This document shows positions 11,517-22,670 of a DNA stretch of 64,000 nucleotides, piece after piece (positions within the stretch are counted from its first letter, which is position 1; every line of letters starts with the position of its first letter). The notes beneath the pieces were generated by a model. It was given only the letters and a program-made list of their open reading frames with translations, was not told the DNA's origin and searched no databases. This DNA is from an uncultured delta proteobacterium (GTDB taxonomy: Bacteria; Desulfobacterota; Binatia; Bin18). The stretch lies in assembly GCA_963733195.1 (NCBI GenBank), contig CAVTCR010000070.1, forward strand, positions 1-64,000, in the 5' to 3' direction. The translations under genes and the position numbers were made by a program.

Positions 11517-12580
11517 ATGAGAGCAAAGAAATGGATCCAACGCACGGCCTGGAGTGGGCTGGTCTTGATGAGTGTGTTTATGTCCGCGCAAGTCGAAGCC
11601 CAGCGGGGTGGCGGCGGGGGCAGGGGAGGTGGTGGCGGAGGAGGTTTTCAGGGCGGGCGTGGTGGGGGCGGTGGTGGTGGCGGAGGAGGTTTTCAGGGCG
11701 GGGGTGGAGGGGGCGGATTCTCCCACAGCAGCTCCGCTAGTAGCGGGCGCTTCGGTGGGGGTGGGGGCGGAGTTCCCACGGGCGCCGCTGCCAGTGGCGC
11801 TTCCGGAGGAAGTCTTAGTGGGGGGGGCTTTTCGCAGGGCGGGGCCGCCAGTAGCGGGAATTGGCAATCCCAGCACTCCAGCATGCAGGGCAGCGGCCAG
11901 GCCTCGGCTCAACAGATGCAGGCGAGCCGCCAGAGTTCTGCGAGTCAGGCGCAGGCCGGTGCGTCGTCGGCGCAGGCGAGCCGCCAGTCCTCAGCCCAAT
12001 CAATGCAGTCAACGAGTACGAGCAATCAGGCCACCCGCCAGTCTTCGGCTCAATCGACTACTTCCGGCAATCAGGCAGCTCGTCAGTCTTCGGCTTCTGG
12101 CAATCAGACAACCCGTCAGTCCTCGGCACAAGGCATGCAGTCGAGCGCCCAGTCCAACCAGGCGGCCAATCGTGAGGATTGGCAAGGCTACGGGCAGCAG
12201 CAGCAGCAAAGCCGGCAAGGCTACGGGCAGCAGCAGCAGGAGGACCGGCAGAAATACGCCTCCAGCTATGATAGCTACTACAAGGGGGGCGGGTACTATG
12301 GAGGTTACTACCCTCCCCCTTCTTCCTCAACTACCTACAACTATGGCAATAGTGGGAGCAGTTCCTCCGCCGGGGCTGCCGCAGTGGGGCTGGCAGCGGG
12401 GGTCGTCATCGGCACTGCTCTTTCCTCCTCGCAAGCGAAGGCGCAAGCGAGCGCTTCGGGGTGCACGATGACGCAAAGGGTAGTCAGGGAGTCACCTACT
12501 ATCAGTGTGGCGCGACCTGGTACCAGCCCACCTATCAAGGTGGACAGATGGCGTACGTGGTTGTGGCTCCGCCGCAGTGA
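11517..12580 (+). CDS. Secreted Gly/Ser/Gln-rich low-complexity protein with C-terminal TYYQCG.TWY.P domain (frameshift ~12490)
   Basis: Signal peptide, poly-Gly, repeated RQSSA units; alternative frame GVTYYQCGATWYQPTYQGGQMAYVVVAPPQ ends at TGA 12580. Confidence 0.7.
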
Positions 12581-12597
12581 GGCAACAAGACAGAATC

Positions 12598-12647
12598 GTA
12601 GGGTGCACGCGTGCACCGGATATGTTGGTGCGCGCAGCGCACCCTAC
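12598..12647. repeat. GTAG-type REP doublet
   Basis: GTAGGGTGCACGCGTGCACC...GGTGCGCGCAGCGCACCCTAC inverted pair just after a stop codon. Confidence 0.75.
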
Positions 12648-12733
12648 TGCCCGAAACGAACACTACAAAGGAGAAAGGACCGGCTGCAGGCGAAATGAAA
12701 GCAACGCTGTCGCTGATATTTCTTCTGGATCGG

Positions 12734-12817
12734 TCATTTAAAACTCTGCAGCCAGTACAACTGATTGCGGATTTCGTCAGCAGTGACATGATTCAACAGA
12801 TTGAGAAGTGTCGTCAC
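12734..12817 (-). pseudogene. Internally deleted DUF5615 (PIN-like) toxin remnant
   Basis: GTG overlaps the DUF433 stop; 27 aa TTLLNLLNHVTADEIRNQLYWL resembles the DUF5615 C-terminus. Confidence 0.55.
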
Positions 12818-13137
12818 TCACCGTTCTTCTCAGGTACGAGACGACCATCGGGGAGTGCTTTCAGTCCGTACCGAGTAATGAGGGTTTCCACGCGACTGTC
12901 TGCGATGTCTTGCTCGATTTCCGCCTGATGGTCGTGATAGTAACTGAGCGCGGCAAAAACTTGAGCCGGGCTTAAGTGGGGCAAGCCTTCGAGGATCTCT
13001 TCAACGCTCATGCCCATTTTGTAATAGCCGACAATGCTTTTCACGGGCGTGCGGGTGCCAGCGATAACGGGCTGACCGCCACATACAGCGGGGCTACGAG
13101 TAATATAGGAGGAATCGGTAGCTGCTGCCGTGCTCAT
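12814..13137 (-). CDS. DUF433 antitoxin
   Basis: ITRSPAVCGGQPVIAGTRTPV...GMSVEEI...LSPAQVFAALSYYHDH. Confidence 0.9.
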   Translation of the reverse strand: MSTAAATDSSYITRSPAVCGGQPVIAGTRTPVKSIVGYYKMGMSVEEILEGLPHLSPAQVFAALSYYHDHQAEIEQDIADSRVETLITRYGLKALPDGRLVPEKNGE

Positions 13138-13567
13138 TAGCTTACTCCTTGTCTAGCTTGTCACCATACTGCTGACATGACCGAAAGGCAAACTCCAGTA
13201 ACCAATCACGCTGGCGATGGAGGTCAACAACTGGCGATCGTCGGTGAGAGAATTGAACGATCCCGAATTTGAGGGAGAAGGAGGTAATAGATGAAGACAA
13301 GAGCATTTCGCAGAACGAGCACTCGCGCCTTCGCAGCGTCTCTCACTTCCTGGTGAACCTCGGAGCTGGCTTGAACACGTACACGTCTCAGCCGAAAGAG
13401 TCCTCGCTTCATATCCGCATGCCTCCGGCCACCTCGTGACCCGTCGTCGCCCTGTAGCTTCATCGAACTCAAGTCTGAAAGGATTGGCCTGCCATGACAA
13501 CCCCGATATTTCTCGCTTTATCAGGTCAACATGTCGTGGGGGCGGAAGCGAAGGAGAGAAACACTGC

Positions 13568-14647
13568 ATGATACGATCGCAAGTGATCTTTTTGACCTTT
13601 CTACTCATGACTGGCTTGAGCGGATGTGCGAGCATAGGCCCGCGCACCATTGTCCGCGACCGGTTCGATTACGTCACGGCGCTCTCGGATTCCTGGAAGT
13701 CGCAGACGTTGCTCAATGTGGTGAAGATAAGATATGCCGACGCGCCGGTGTTTTTGGACGTGGACTCGGCGATCAACCAATACTCCCTGGACAGCTCTTT
13801 CACCCTGTCGGGCACGTGGTTTATTAATCCTTTTGAGGAACATAATGCCGAGCAGAGCCTCTCGGCCCTGGGAGGGTATAGCGACAGACCGACCATCACG
13901 TACACGCCGCTGAGTGGCGAAAAATTCGCCCGCAATCTTATGGCGCCGATCCCGCCTGCGGCCATTCTCAATTTGCTCCAGGCCGGCTATCCGGCGGATA
14001 TGGTGTTGCGGGCCTGCGTGCATGCCATCAACGGCATCCATAGCCGCTTCGGAGGCGGCGCGCGTGCGCGGCCGGCCGATGCTGAATTCTATCCGCTGAT
14101 AGAAAAGCTGCGGAAGCTCCAGCTTTCCGGCGAGATCGGGATGCGCACAAAGAAAACTGACGATCACACGGCGACACTCTTTGTGTTTCGCCGCAACCCA
14201 AGTCCAGAGATTGAAGCGGACTCCGCCGAGGTGCGGAGAATGCTCGGGCTTGATCCAGCGGCGCAGGATCTCTCCGTCGTCTACGGCTCCGTGGCTGCCG
14301 ATGACAAGGAAATCGCGCTTCTGACTCGCTCCATACTGGAAATTCTCATCGATCTTTCGTCTCACATCCAGGTTCCCACGGCCAGCGTGGAAGAGCGGCG
14401 CACCTATGCCTCGCCGCCGCCCGATACGGCGAACGGCGCCCCAGTGGCACCGTTGATACAGATATTCAGCTCCCCAAAGCCGCCGCCCGATGCCTTTGCC
14501 GCCGTTCCCTATCGCCAAGGGTGGTACTGGATCGATGACAAGGATTTTCCTTCCAAGAGTATTTTTTCGTTTATCATGTTTCTCTTCACGCTGACGGAGA
14601 CCGAAGGTGAGCAGAAGGCACCGGTGATCACACTGCCGGCCGGGTGA
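13568..14647 (+). CDS. Hypothetical lipoprotein
   Basis: GGAG RBS; lipobox LSGC; Q.LLNVVKIRY.D.P.FLDV; PTITYTPL.G; YWIDD.D..SK. Confidence 0.8.
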   Translation: MIRSQVIFLTFLLMTGLSGCASIGPRTIVRDRFDYVTALSDSWKSQTLLNVVKIRYADAPVFLDVDSAINQYSLDSSFTLSGTWFINPFEEHNAEQSLSALGGYSDRPTITYTPLSGEKFARNLMAPIPPAAILNLLQAGYPADMVLRACVHAINGIHSRFGGGARARPADAEFYPLIEKLRKLQLSGEIGMRTKKTDDHTATLFVFRRNPSPEIEADSAEVRRMLGLDPAAQDLSVVYGSVAADDKEIALLTRSILEILIDLSSHIQVPTASVEERRTYASPPPDTANGAPVAPLIQIFSSPKPPPDAFAAVPYRQGWYWIDDKDFPSKSIFSFIMFLFTLTETEGEQKAPVITLPAG

Positions 14648-14716
14648 GGAACAAAGTTTGACTACTGTGATCGGTGTATGGCGCGGCTCTACGAATAGGG
14701 ATGACGGAGGCGACGT

Positions 14717-17068
14717 ATGAGATTTTCGTTACCGAAACTCTTCCAGATCGTATTGTTGCTGACGTTCTTTCTGTTCCCAGGAAGTCTGACTGCACAGGAA
14801 TCCCAGGGTACACAACCCCCGGCTGCGGCCACCGAACAACCGCCTGCCGTCCCTGAACTTGCCGATCTCATCCCCCTGGCGACTGCCTTGTCCGATCGTC
14901 TCGCCAGCCTGGAAAAAACGATTGCAGACCAGGGAGCTCTCTCTCGGCTTGAGCAACAGCTGGGGGAAATCAGCGCCACGGTGGACGAGTATGCCAGGCA
15001 GTTTGTGGCACTGCAGGCGTCGACTGGCCCGCGGGCGGGCCAGCTTCCGCAACTCAAAGCGGAGATCGGGAGTGCGGGCGATACACTGACAGAAGTCAGC
15101 GAATCGGTGACGGCAAAGGTGAGGAGCTTGGGGACCCTGCGAAAAGCATGGTTGGCTGAACAGCAGCAGTGGAACGCCTGGCAAGCGGCGTTGCTCAAGG
15201 ATGAGCCGCTGGAGGAAATCACCGCGACCGTGACCAAGGCTCAGGGAGCAATCGACACCGCCCTCGGTCTGCTCCGGCAACGGCTCAAGCCTCTACTGGC
15301 CCTACAAGAGCAAGTCGGTACGCTCCAGACCAGGATCAACACGCTGACCGCCGAGGTGGAAGGTCTGATCTCTCTCACACAGGGTGGCGTCTTAGTTGAC
15401 GCTTCTCCCGCGATGTTATCGACGCACTATGTTTCTCAATTGGCACCCGCGCTCAGGAACGGAGCTCAAACTGGACTGGCCCAGATCTTATGGCCAGGAA
15501 AGGCGTTCTTTGCCCGGCAGGGAGGGCTCGTTATCCTGCAGGGGGTGCTCTCGCTCGTGCTAGCACTCGTCTTCATCCGGCGTCGGCGCCAGTTGGAGCA
15601 AGTAGAACACTGGCGGTTTGTCGCCAAACGGCCGATCGCCGCGGGCCTCCTGGTGGGCGTTCTGTCAGTAGCCGTCTTTTATGAGCATCCTCCGGATATG
15701 CTACGTCTTGCCCTGGCTGTGTTTGTCGGGATTGCTTTTGTTCGGCTTGTGGAAAGCCTGATGGAAGGGGGTTGGCGCCGGCAGTTTGTGTATGGGCTGC
15801 TGATCCTCTCGCTCATGACCAACCTCTGCTATGTCCTTGGCTTGCCCCTTCCCTTGTTCCGCTTGTACATCCTCGTGGCGGCGTTGGTGAGCCTGCTCTA
15901 TTGTCTACGCTGGGCGGCGGAAAGCAGTCGCCTGAGAGAGGCGCGGCTCTATGCCTGGGTGTTGCGGTTGGCTGCGGTCTTGTTTGCCGCCGTGCTGATC
16001 ACTGAGCTTTGGGGAGAAGCAAAACTGGCCGAGTTTCTCTTCGTCACGTCGCTGCGGACACTGGTAATTGTACTCGTCTTTGGTCTGCTCAGGCACTTGG
16101 TGCGTGGGGGTCTGGAGTGGGCGGTGCTCAGCTCTGCGGCGCGTGGCCTGGTGCTTGTTCGTAGCAACGCCCCTGTGGTGATTCAGCGCCTGGCCTTGCT
16201 GTTTGATCTCCTCATCGGGGTCGTGATTCTCTCCGGCCTGCTGATGACCTGGCAGGTGTATGACAGCCCAGCTGAGGCGATCACTGGACTGCTGTCCGCG
16301 CAAGTAACCATGGGCTCGCAACAGATCACGGTCGGCCTCGCCCTTCTTGCTGTCGGCGCACTAGGGGCCTCGTATCTCGCCTCCTGGCTACTCCAGACCT
16401 TGCTGACGGAAAATGTGCTGGCCAGACGCAATGTGGAGACCGGCGTTAGTCTTTCGGTCGCTCGCTTGGTCCACTACGCGCTGATCACTGTTGGGTTCGT
16501 CATAGCGCTGGTAGTGCTCAGCGTCGACCTCACCAAAATGACCCTGTTGGTCAGCGCCCTGGGTGTCGGCATCGGCTTTGGCTTGCAAACCATCGTCAAC
16601 AATTTTGTGTGTGGGCTGATTCTGCTTTTCGAGCGGCCCCTGCGGGTAGGAGACACGATTGAGCTGGGTGGGCAGCGGGTGAAGATTGCGAAGATTGGCC
16701 TCCGCTCCACCACAGTGCGGACCTCTGCTCAGGCGGAAATCATTGTGCCCAATACCGATCTTGTCACCCATCAGGTGACGAATTGGACGCTGACGGATCG
16801 GCACGCTCAGGGGATGATTGCGGTGGGGGTGGCGTATGGGTCGGACGTTGCGTTGGTCATGCGGACATTGAAAGAGTGCGCGCTGGCACATCCTGGAGTA
16901 ATGAAGAACCCCGAGCCGGGGATTTTGTTCCGCAGTTTCGGGGACAGTTCTCTCGATTTTGAGCTGGGCTTCCTGGTAGTGGAAGTAGACAACCGATCAC
17001 AAATTGAAAGTGATCTGCGTCAAGAAATTAAGTGTCGATTTCACCAGGCGGGCATTAAAATTCCCTAG
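14717..17068 (+). CDS. Large MscS/MscK-like mechanosensitive channel; last residues truncated
   Basis: Periplasmic coiled coil, many TMs, ALGVGIGFGLQTIVNNFVCGLILLFERPLRVGD, VGVAYGSD. Confidence 0.92.
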   Translation: MRFSLPKLFQIVLLLTFFLFPGSLTAQESQGTQPPAAATEQPPAVPELADLIPLATALSDRLASLEKTIADQGALSRLEQQLGEISATVDEYARQFVALQASTGPRAGQLPQLKAEIGSAGDTLTEVSESVTAKVRSLGTLRKAWLAEQQQWNAWQAALLKDEPLEEITATVTKAQGAIDTALGLLRQRLKPLLALQEQVGTLQTRINTLTAEVEGLISLTQGGVLVDASPAMLSTHYVSQLAPALRNGAQTGLAQILWPGKAFFARQGGLVILQGVLSLVLALVFIRRRRQLEQVEHWRFVAKRPIAAGLLVGVLSVAVFYEHPPDMLRLALAVFVGIAFVRLVESLMEGGWRRQFVYGLLILSLMTNLCYVLGLPLPLFRLYILVAALVSLLYCLRWAAESSRLREARLYAWVLRLAAVLFAAVLITELWGEAKLAEFLFVTSLRTLVIVLVFGLLRHLVRGGLEWAVLSSAARGLVLVRSNAPVVIQRLALLFDLLIGVVILSGLLMTWQVYDSPAEAITGLLSAQVTMGSQQITVGLALLAVGALGASYLASWLLQTLLTENVLARRNVETGVSLSVARLVHYALITVGFVIALVVLSVDLTKMTLLVSALGVGIGFGLQTIVNNFVCGLILLFERPLRVGDTIELGGQRVKIAKIGLRSTTVRTSAQAEIIVPNTDLVTHQVTNWTLTDRHAQGMIAVGVAYGSDVALVMRTLKECALAHPGVMKNPEPGILFRSFGDSSLDFELGFLVVEVDNRSQIESDLRQEIKCRFHQAGIKIP

Positions 17069-17422
17069 GCGGGCATTGAAATTCCCTTTCCGCAATGAGA
17101 TCTACATGTACGCAGTGTCGAGAATACCAACAACGCTGCGGCAACCGTAAGAGTACCGCTCGCTTGATACGCGTTCTCTGTATCGCTTTGCAAGAGGGGA
17201 GGGGGGGATTTTGCTAGCATTTGATTGCCGATGTTGTTCGTCAAATTTCATCAGGGCGGCCTGGAGAGATCGAGTTGGTGAAGTGACATCCACGGATGTA
17301 CTACAGACAACCACCAGCCGACCGCAAGAACTGTGCTCTTCGACTCCGTCGCTCCCGCAGCGAAGTGTGTCCTGAGTCTCCCATAGCGCGGCATGCTAAG
17401 CGCTCTAGAAAAAACTGAGACC

Positions 17423-17495
17423 GGCAGGCACAGCCTGCCCTACGATGCCTGCGCATGGCTAGGGAATTTCACCGTAGGGCGGGCTGCGCCCGCCA
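17423..17495. repeat. GTAG-type REP pair
   Basis: GGCAGGCACAGCCTGCCCTAC and GTAGGGCGGGCTGCGCCCGCC; the same pair recurs at 33196-33266. Confidence 0.75.
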
Positions 17496-17636
17496 TCGTA
17501 CCCATTTGTTTCTGAGCAGCGAAGCCGAAAGGCTCAGAGTGAGTGGTAGGCGTTTACACTCAAAGTGCGGTTCGAGGACGTTCCGATCTCCTAGCGGTAC
17601 ACTCCTGCAACATGTATATGGCGTGAGGGAATTTTC

Positions 17637-19441
17637 ATGAAACACCTGATAAGAGCACTCGGAGTGCTCTTGCTGTGTCTCCTGCCGTGTCCTGCGAGAA
17701 GTTGGGATTTCCGTGTCGCCGACATGGAAGGACTGGCGAATATGACGCTCGCTTATGGCCTCCTCTCGCGTATGGAAGGACGTGACAAAGACATCATCGC
17801 CATTGCCAATGGAGGAACATTCCCCTCGGCGAATGCGGATGACGGTGACCTCAATCAGGACCCTGGCCTGGTCTCCAACATGGTCAAGACGACCGGGGAA
17901 GTGACACTGAGATGGCGCTACTTCGGTGCTTATGTCCGTGGCTTTGCGTTCTACGATTTCCAACAGGAGTTGCACGACCTGGAACGGACGCCACTGGGAG
18001 ACAAAGCACTAGACAGCGTTGGGAAAAATGCTGGTCTGCTCGATCATTACCTCAACGCGCAGTTCCATGTGCGCGGGGTCCCTGTCCTCCTCCGGCTCGG
18101 GGACCAGGTGATCAACTGGGGTGAGTCGTCCTTTCTCCGGTTCGGCGTGGACACCATTAATCCCCTGGATCTGGTGGCCCTGATCCAGCCGACGAGCACG
18201 GTCCGGGATCTGGCCATTCCCCAAGGCATGCTTTGGGGTGCGGCGAATGTCACCGAGACGCTCGCGGTCGAAGGCTTTTACCAATACGAGTGGAAGAAAG
18301 TGCGCTTGCCGCCTGTGGGGTGGTTCTTCTCTACGAACGACATCATTGGTGCGACGGGGCTTAATTATGCAATGGCTGGGTTCGGCCGTTTCTCCGATCG
18401 TGGCACCAATTTGGATACGGCCTTTGGTTTGCCGCCTGGAACATTAGGCTTCGATGCGAATTTTATGAAGATCTTTCCCCGCAGTAGCCACTCGCCGGCA
18501 GACGGGGGGCAGTATGGTTTTGCCGTCCGGACATTCATTCCCCAGTTGAACGCGGCCGAACTGGGCTTTTACTTCCTCAATTATCACAGCCGGTTCGCGC
18601 TTATTAACGGGTTCACCGCCAACCAAGAGGCGATCGACACCACTTCGTCGGCAGCAGTGGCGGCCAGAGCTGCCACCCTGGCACCGAGCTACGAAGCCCA
18701 AGGTCTCAGTCCCGAGCAAGCGGCACAGCAGGCGCTGGCAACCGCAGGAACTCTGACCATCGGCAAGTTTGCCAACGCCACCCGGTACTTTGCTACCTAC
18801 CCGGAAAACATCAAAATGTTGGGCTTTAGCTTCAATACTGCCCTGCTGCGCACGGGCACCTTGTTCTCTGGGGAACTCTCCCATCATTTGGACTTTCCGA
18901 TCCAGATTCCCGTGGAGCAAGTGCTGGCCGCTTCGCTGTCCCCGATCCAGTTCACGTCGGTTTTCAGCAGACGTCGTTGGGGGCGTTCGGAGCCAATAGC
19001 GTAGTGCGTGGGTTCAAGCGACGAGACAAAACCCAACTTGAGATAGGCATAACACAGCTCTTGGGGCCACGACTGCGCGCTTCACAGTCAGTTATTGGCT
19101 TCGACTTTGGCTGGGTTCACATTCACAACTTGCCCGCGAGTCACCCCCTGGATGAAGATTCCTGGGGCTATCGGGTCGTAGGTTTGTTGACCTACGATGG
19201 CCTCTTCGGTGGGATCACGTTGCAGCCGCGTGTGGTATGGGCGCAGGATGTTGGTGGGACCACTCCCGGCCCAGGTGGAGCGTTTATCGAAGGACGTGAG
19301 GCCTTTAATGTTGGACTGGCGGGGGAATACGTCAACCGCTGGACAGTGGATCTCAGCTACACCCGGTTTCTCGGTGGCGGCTCGGCTAATCAGGTGCGGG
19401 ATCGTGATTTCCTTTTGTTTCAGGTGGCGTATCACTACTAG
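17637..19441 (+). CDS. DUF1302 outer-membrane protein (frameshift ~18980)
   Basis: NADDGDLN; RLGDQVINWGESSF; EGFYQYEW; GGQYG; NYHSR; C-terminal RDRDF...Y. Confidence 0.85.
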
Positions 19442-19464
19442 AGCATACGAATGAGGCCTACGTC

Positions 19465-20988
19465 ATGTATTGGAAGCTACTACATCAGGTCGCAAAACAA
19501 TCGTATATTTCTCAACACCCGGTGAGGAAATCCCCCCTAGCCCCGCCTTTATCAAAGGGGGGAATCAAACGCCCCCTTTACGTAAAGGGGGCCGCGCGAA
19601 GCGCGAGGGGATTTTTGCAAATTGGAAGTTATTGGTCTGTTCCTTGATCTGCCTTGGGGCCATCTTTCGTGGCCGTCACGGCAGCGGCCAAAGTGTCACC
19701 CGAAGAAGCGGCTCGGCTTGACGCAGACTTGACGCCTGTGGGTGCTGAGCGAGCCGGCAATGCCGCAGGCACGATTCCGCCCTGGACGGGTGGCATCACT
19801 CAACCACCGCCGAACTACGCACCTGGGGCGCATCATCCGGATCCCTACCCCGACGATGCAATCCTCTTCACCATTACCGCCGCAAATGTAGCAGAGTACA
19901 CCGCCTATCTAAGTGAAGGACAGAAAGCCTTGCTAGCAGCGTACCCCGATACCTGGCGGATGCCGATCTACCCCACGCGGCGCTCTGCTTCCTATCCCAC
20001 CTGGGTCTACGAGGCGGTGAAGACCAATGCCCTCGCCGCTGAGGTAGTCGTCGAGGGCAAGGGTGGTGTTCTGAATGCCACGATCACGTCCCCCTTCCCG
20101 ATTCCCCAGAGCGGGCTCGAAGTAATCTGGAATCACAACCTGCGCTGGCGCGGGATCCATGTGGCGCGCAGCAACGGCAGTGCCGCCGTGACGCGTTTAG
20201 GCAACTATGGGATGGTCCTTGCCGAGCAGGAGGTGGGTATCCCCTATGGTTCTCCCCGTGTCACGCCCTTCAAGGAGGCGTACCCTAACGTCATGCTCGC
20301 CCTCAAATCGAAAATCATTCAACCCGCGCTGCTGGCAGGAAATGGGAGTTTGATCATCGAGCCCCTCAACCAAACGAACGATCCCCGCAAGGCGTGGACG
20401 TATAGCCAAGGGCTGCGGCGGATCGTGCGCGTGCCGCATGCGGCCTATGACTTTCCCATCCCCAACACCGAGAATCTGCAAACCATCGACGAGTTGGGAC
20501 TCTTCAACGGCCCCCCAGACCGTTTCGAATGGAAGTTAGTGGGCAAGCGGGAACTGTATGTTCCCTACAACGCCTATCGACTGCACAGCGATGCGATCAC
20601 CTCTAGCGATATCCTCAGGCAAGGCCACATTAACCCGGAATTGACGCGCTATGAACTCCATCGCGTGTGGGTGGTCGACGGAACGCTGAAGCCGGGACAG
20701 CGGCATATCTACTCGCGCCGGACCTTCTATGTGGATGAAGATAGCTGGCAGATCGTGGTCGCCGACACGTACGACAAAGACGGACAGCTCTGGCGCGTCG
20801 CCGAGTCTCATATGGTGAACTACTACGACGTGCCGGTGCTGTTGAGCACCCTTGAGGTGTACCATGACCTGAAAGAGGGTCGGTATCTGGCAACCGGCCT
20901 GGATAACGGCCGGAATATGTACCGGTTTTCTGAGGGCGCTGACCCGCGGGATTTCAGTCCTAATGCCCTGTTGTATTACATTCGCTAG
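19465..20988 (+). CDS. DUF1329 protein; signal-peptide region interrupted by a repeat insertion
   Basis: LTPVGAERAGNAAGTIPPWTGG; YPTRRSA; PFPIP; YELHRVWVV; YVDEDSW; follows DUF1302 as is typical. Confidence 0.88.
19480..19620. mobile_element. MITE-like palindromic element with flanking duplication
   Basis: Internal CC..CCTTT/AAAGGGG hairpins; ATTGGAAG(C/T)TA repeated at 19469 and 19621. Confidence 0.6.
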
Positions 20989-21216
20989 CAGCTATTCCAT
21001 GGCATGGGAGATTTCTCCGAATCGAGAGGACGGGGGCGATGTATGAGACTCTCATTACAGAAACCCTTCCAGATGCGCGCTCTCTGCCTCGCCTTGCAAG
21101 AACGGGCACGCTGTTCGAGGTAACCGTTTTGTCTGAAGGGCGAAAACAATTCGGCTTTGTCGCGAGGGTCGTGTTATGCGTATATACTCCAGCACAGAGG
21201 GCCTGTACGAACGGAG

Positions 21217-22643
21217 TATGAACTCGATGAAGACGCGGTTACCGGTAGCCTGGCGGTGCGCAGTAGGGTGCGCCCGCAGTGTGTTCGTGCGCAGTCCGCT
21301 CCTCCTTCTTGCTGCCCTCAGCGCGGGGTGCTCACTGCTCACGTGGACTGCAGAGTTCTCGAGCCGAACCTTTAAGATGATCATCCCGGGAATGGACAGC
21401 GGCCCTGCCGTTGACCCGGTCGCCGTGCAGGAACAGTTGCTGCGCTCGGCGGATATTTTTCTGATTGGCCTGACCACCTCAGCCGAACAATTGCGCCGTG
21501 ACGGCGCTCCCATCAGCCAGGCGGAGCTTCAGACTCTGAAGATCTCGTACACGACCACCATCTTGGCCCTGGTTACCGGCCCGAACGCCCTGACGAATTT
21601 GCTGGACATGATCGGCTTTATCACCCGCAACCGCCTGATGGCGGAGGGGTACTGGCTGCCCGAGGTCTACGGCGAGTCAGCGCGCCCGTTTCTCGACATC
21701 TGTCGAGAGGCGGAAACCCAGCTCTGGCAGCTCACCACCCCGCTGCTGACCGCCGCCCAGCAGGAAGAGCTGCGTCAGACCCTTCACACCTTGCACCAGC
21801 AGGATAGAGATCGGCAAACCTTACTGCCCACTCAAGCTCTGAGCTTTGTCACCGAGGGAGCCAAAATCAGTCAAAAACAGCGCTCCGCGCCCGCCAGCGT
21901 CTTTAGTCTGTTCAGGCTCGACCCGCTGTCGGGGCTGGATCCGGCAACCCGCGAACTGGCCGAGACGCGCTTGTTTGCCCAACGGGCGCTGTTCATCGCC
22001 CAGCGGATGCCTGACCTGATGCGCTGGGAAATGGAATTGTTCACCTTGAAGACGGCGGAAATGCCGCAACTGCAACAGTTACTCACGAACTCAACGCAAC
22101 TCGCCGCCGCCGCCGATCGCTTCAGCCAGGTGGCGGCGCAATTGCCCAGGCTTGCTGAGGACGGAGCGAGAGCAACTGCTCGGAGCCCTGAAAGAGCAAG
22201 AGGCCGGGCTCAGTTCACTCGCCAGAGAAGTCCGGCAAATGCTGGCGACGGGCGGCCAGATGGCAGACTCTACGAACTTGACGTTGAAAACATTTCAAGA
22301 GGTCCTGGCGCGGTTCAACTCGGGCCCACAAGAGCCGAATGCCGAGCCCTTCCGGATCCGCGAGTATACCGACGCAGCCGCGCAGATTCATGCCACGGCC
22401 ACCGAGCTGGTGGTCTTGCTCCAAGCGCTGGATGGGTTGGCGGGATCGCCACACCTCGCACAGGTATCGTCTCAGTTCAGTGTCTTGACACAGCATGCCC
22501 AAACCAGCGGGAGGGAAGTAGTCGATTACGCATTTCAGAGGGCCTTGGTGCTGGTCGTGCTCGGCTGTGGTGCGGTGCTCGCTACGGCCCTGATCTACCG
22601 TGTGTTGAATGCGCGGCTGTCGAGATGGCTCACGAGGGCGTGA
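21217..22643 (+). CDS. Hypothetical lipoprotein with C-terminal TM (frameshift ~22155)
   Basis: LSAGC lipobox; LDP.SGLDPATRE; RALFIAQRMP; EPFRIREY; terminal hydrophobic helix. Confidence 0.7.
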
Positions 22644-22670
22644 GCGTCAATACTTTTGCCACCCATCGAT

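Noticed and set aside
13153-13430. Short ORFs on both strands, including a GGAGG-ATG at 13291
   Set aside because: About 21 codons or no recognisable motif; probably a decayed remnant
13463-13500. Fourth CTGAA-box promoter
   Set aside because: Only the 12-bp pair is approximated; the third box is out of phase and no -10 lies at the expected offset
17505-17540. GCC-GAAA-GGC hairpin as an ncRNA
   Set aside because: Too short to assign and adjacent to REP elements
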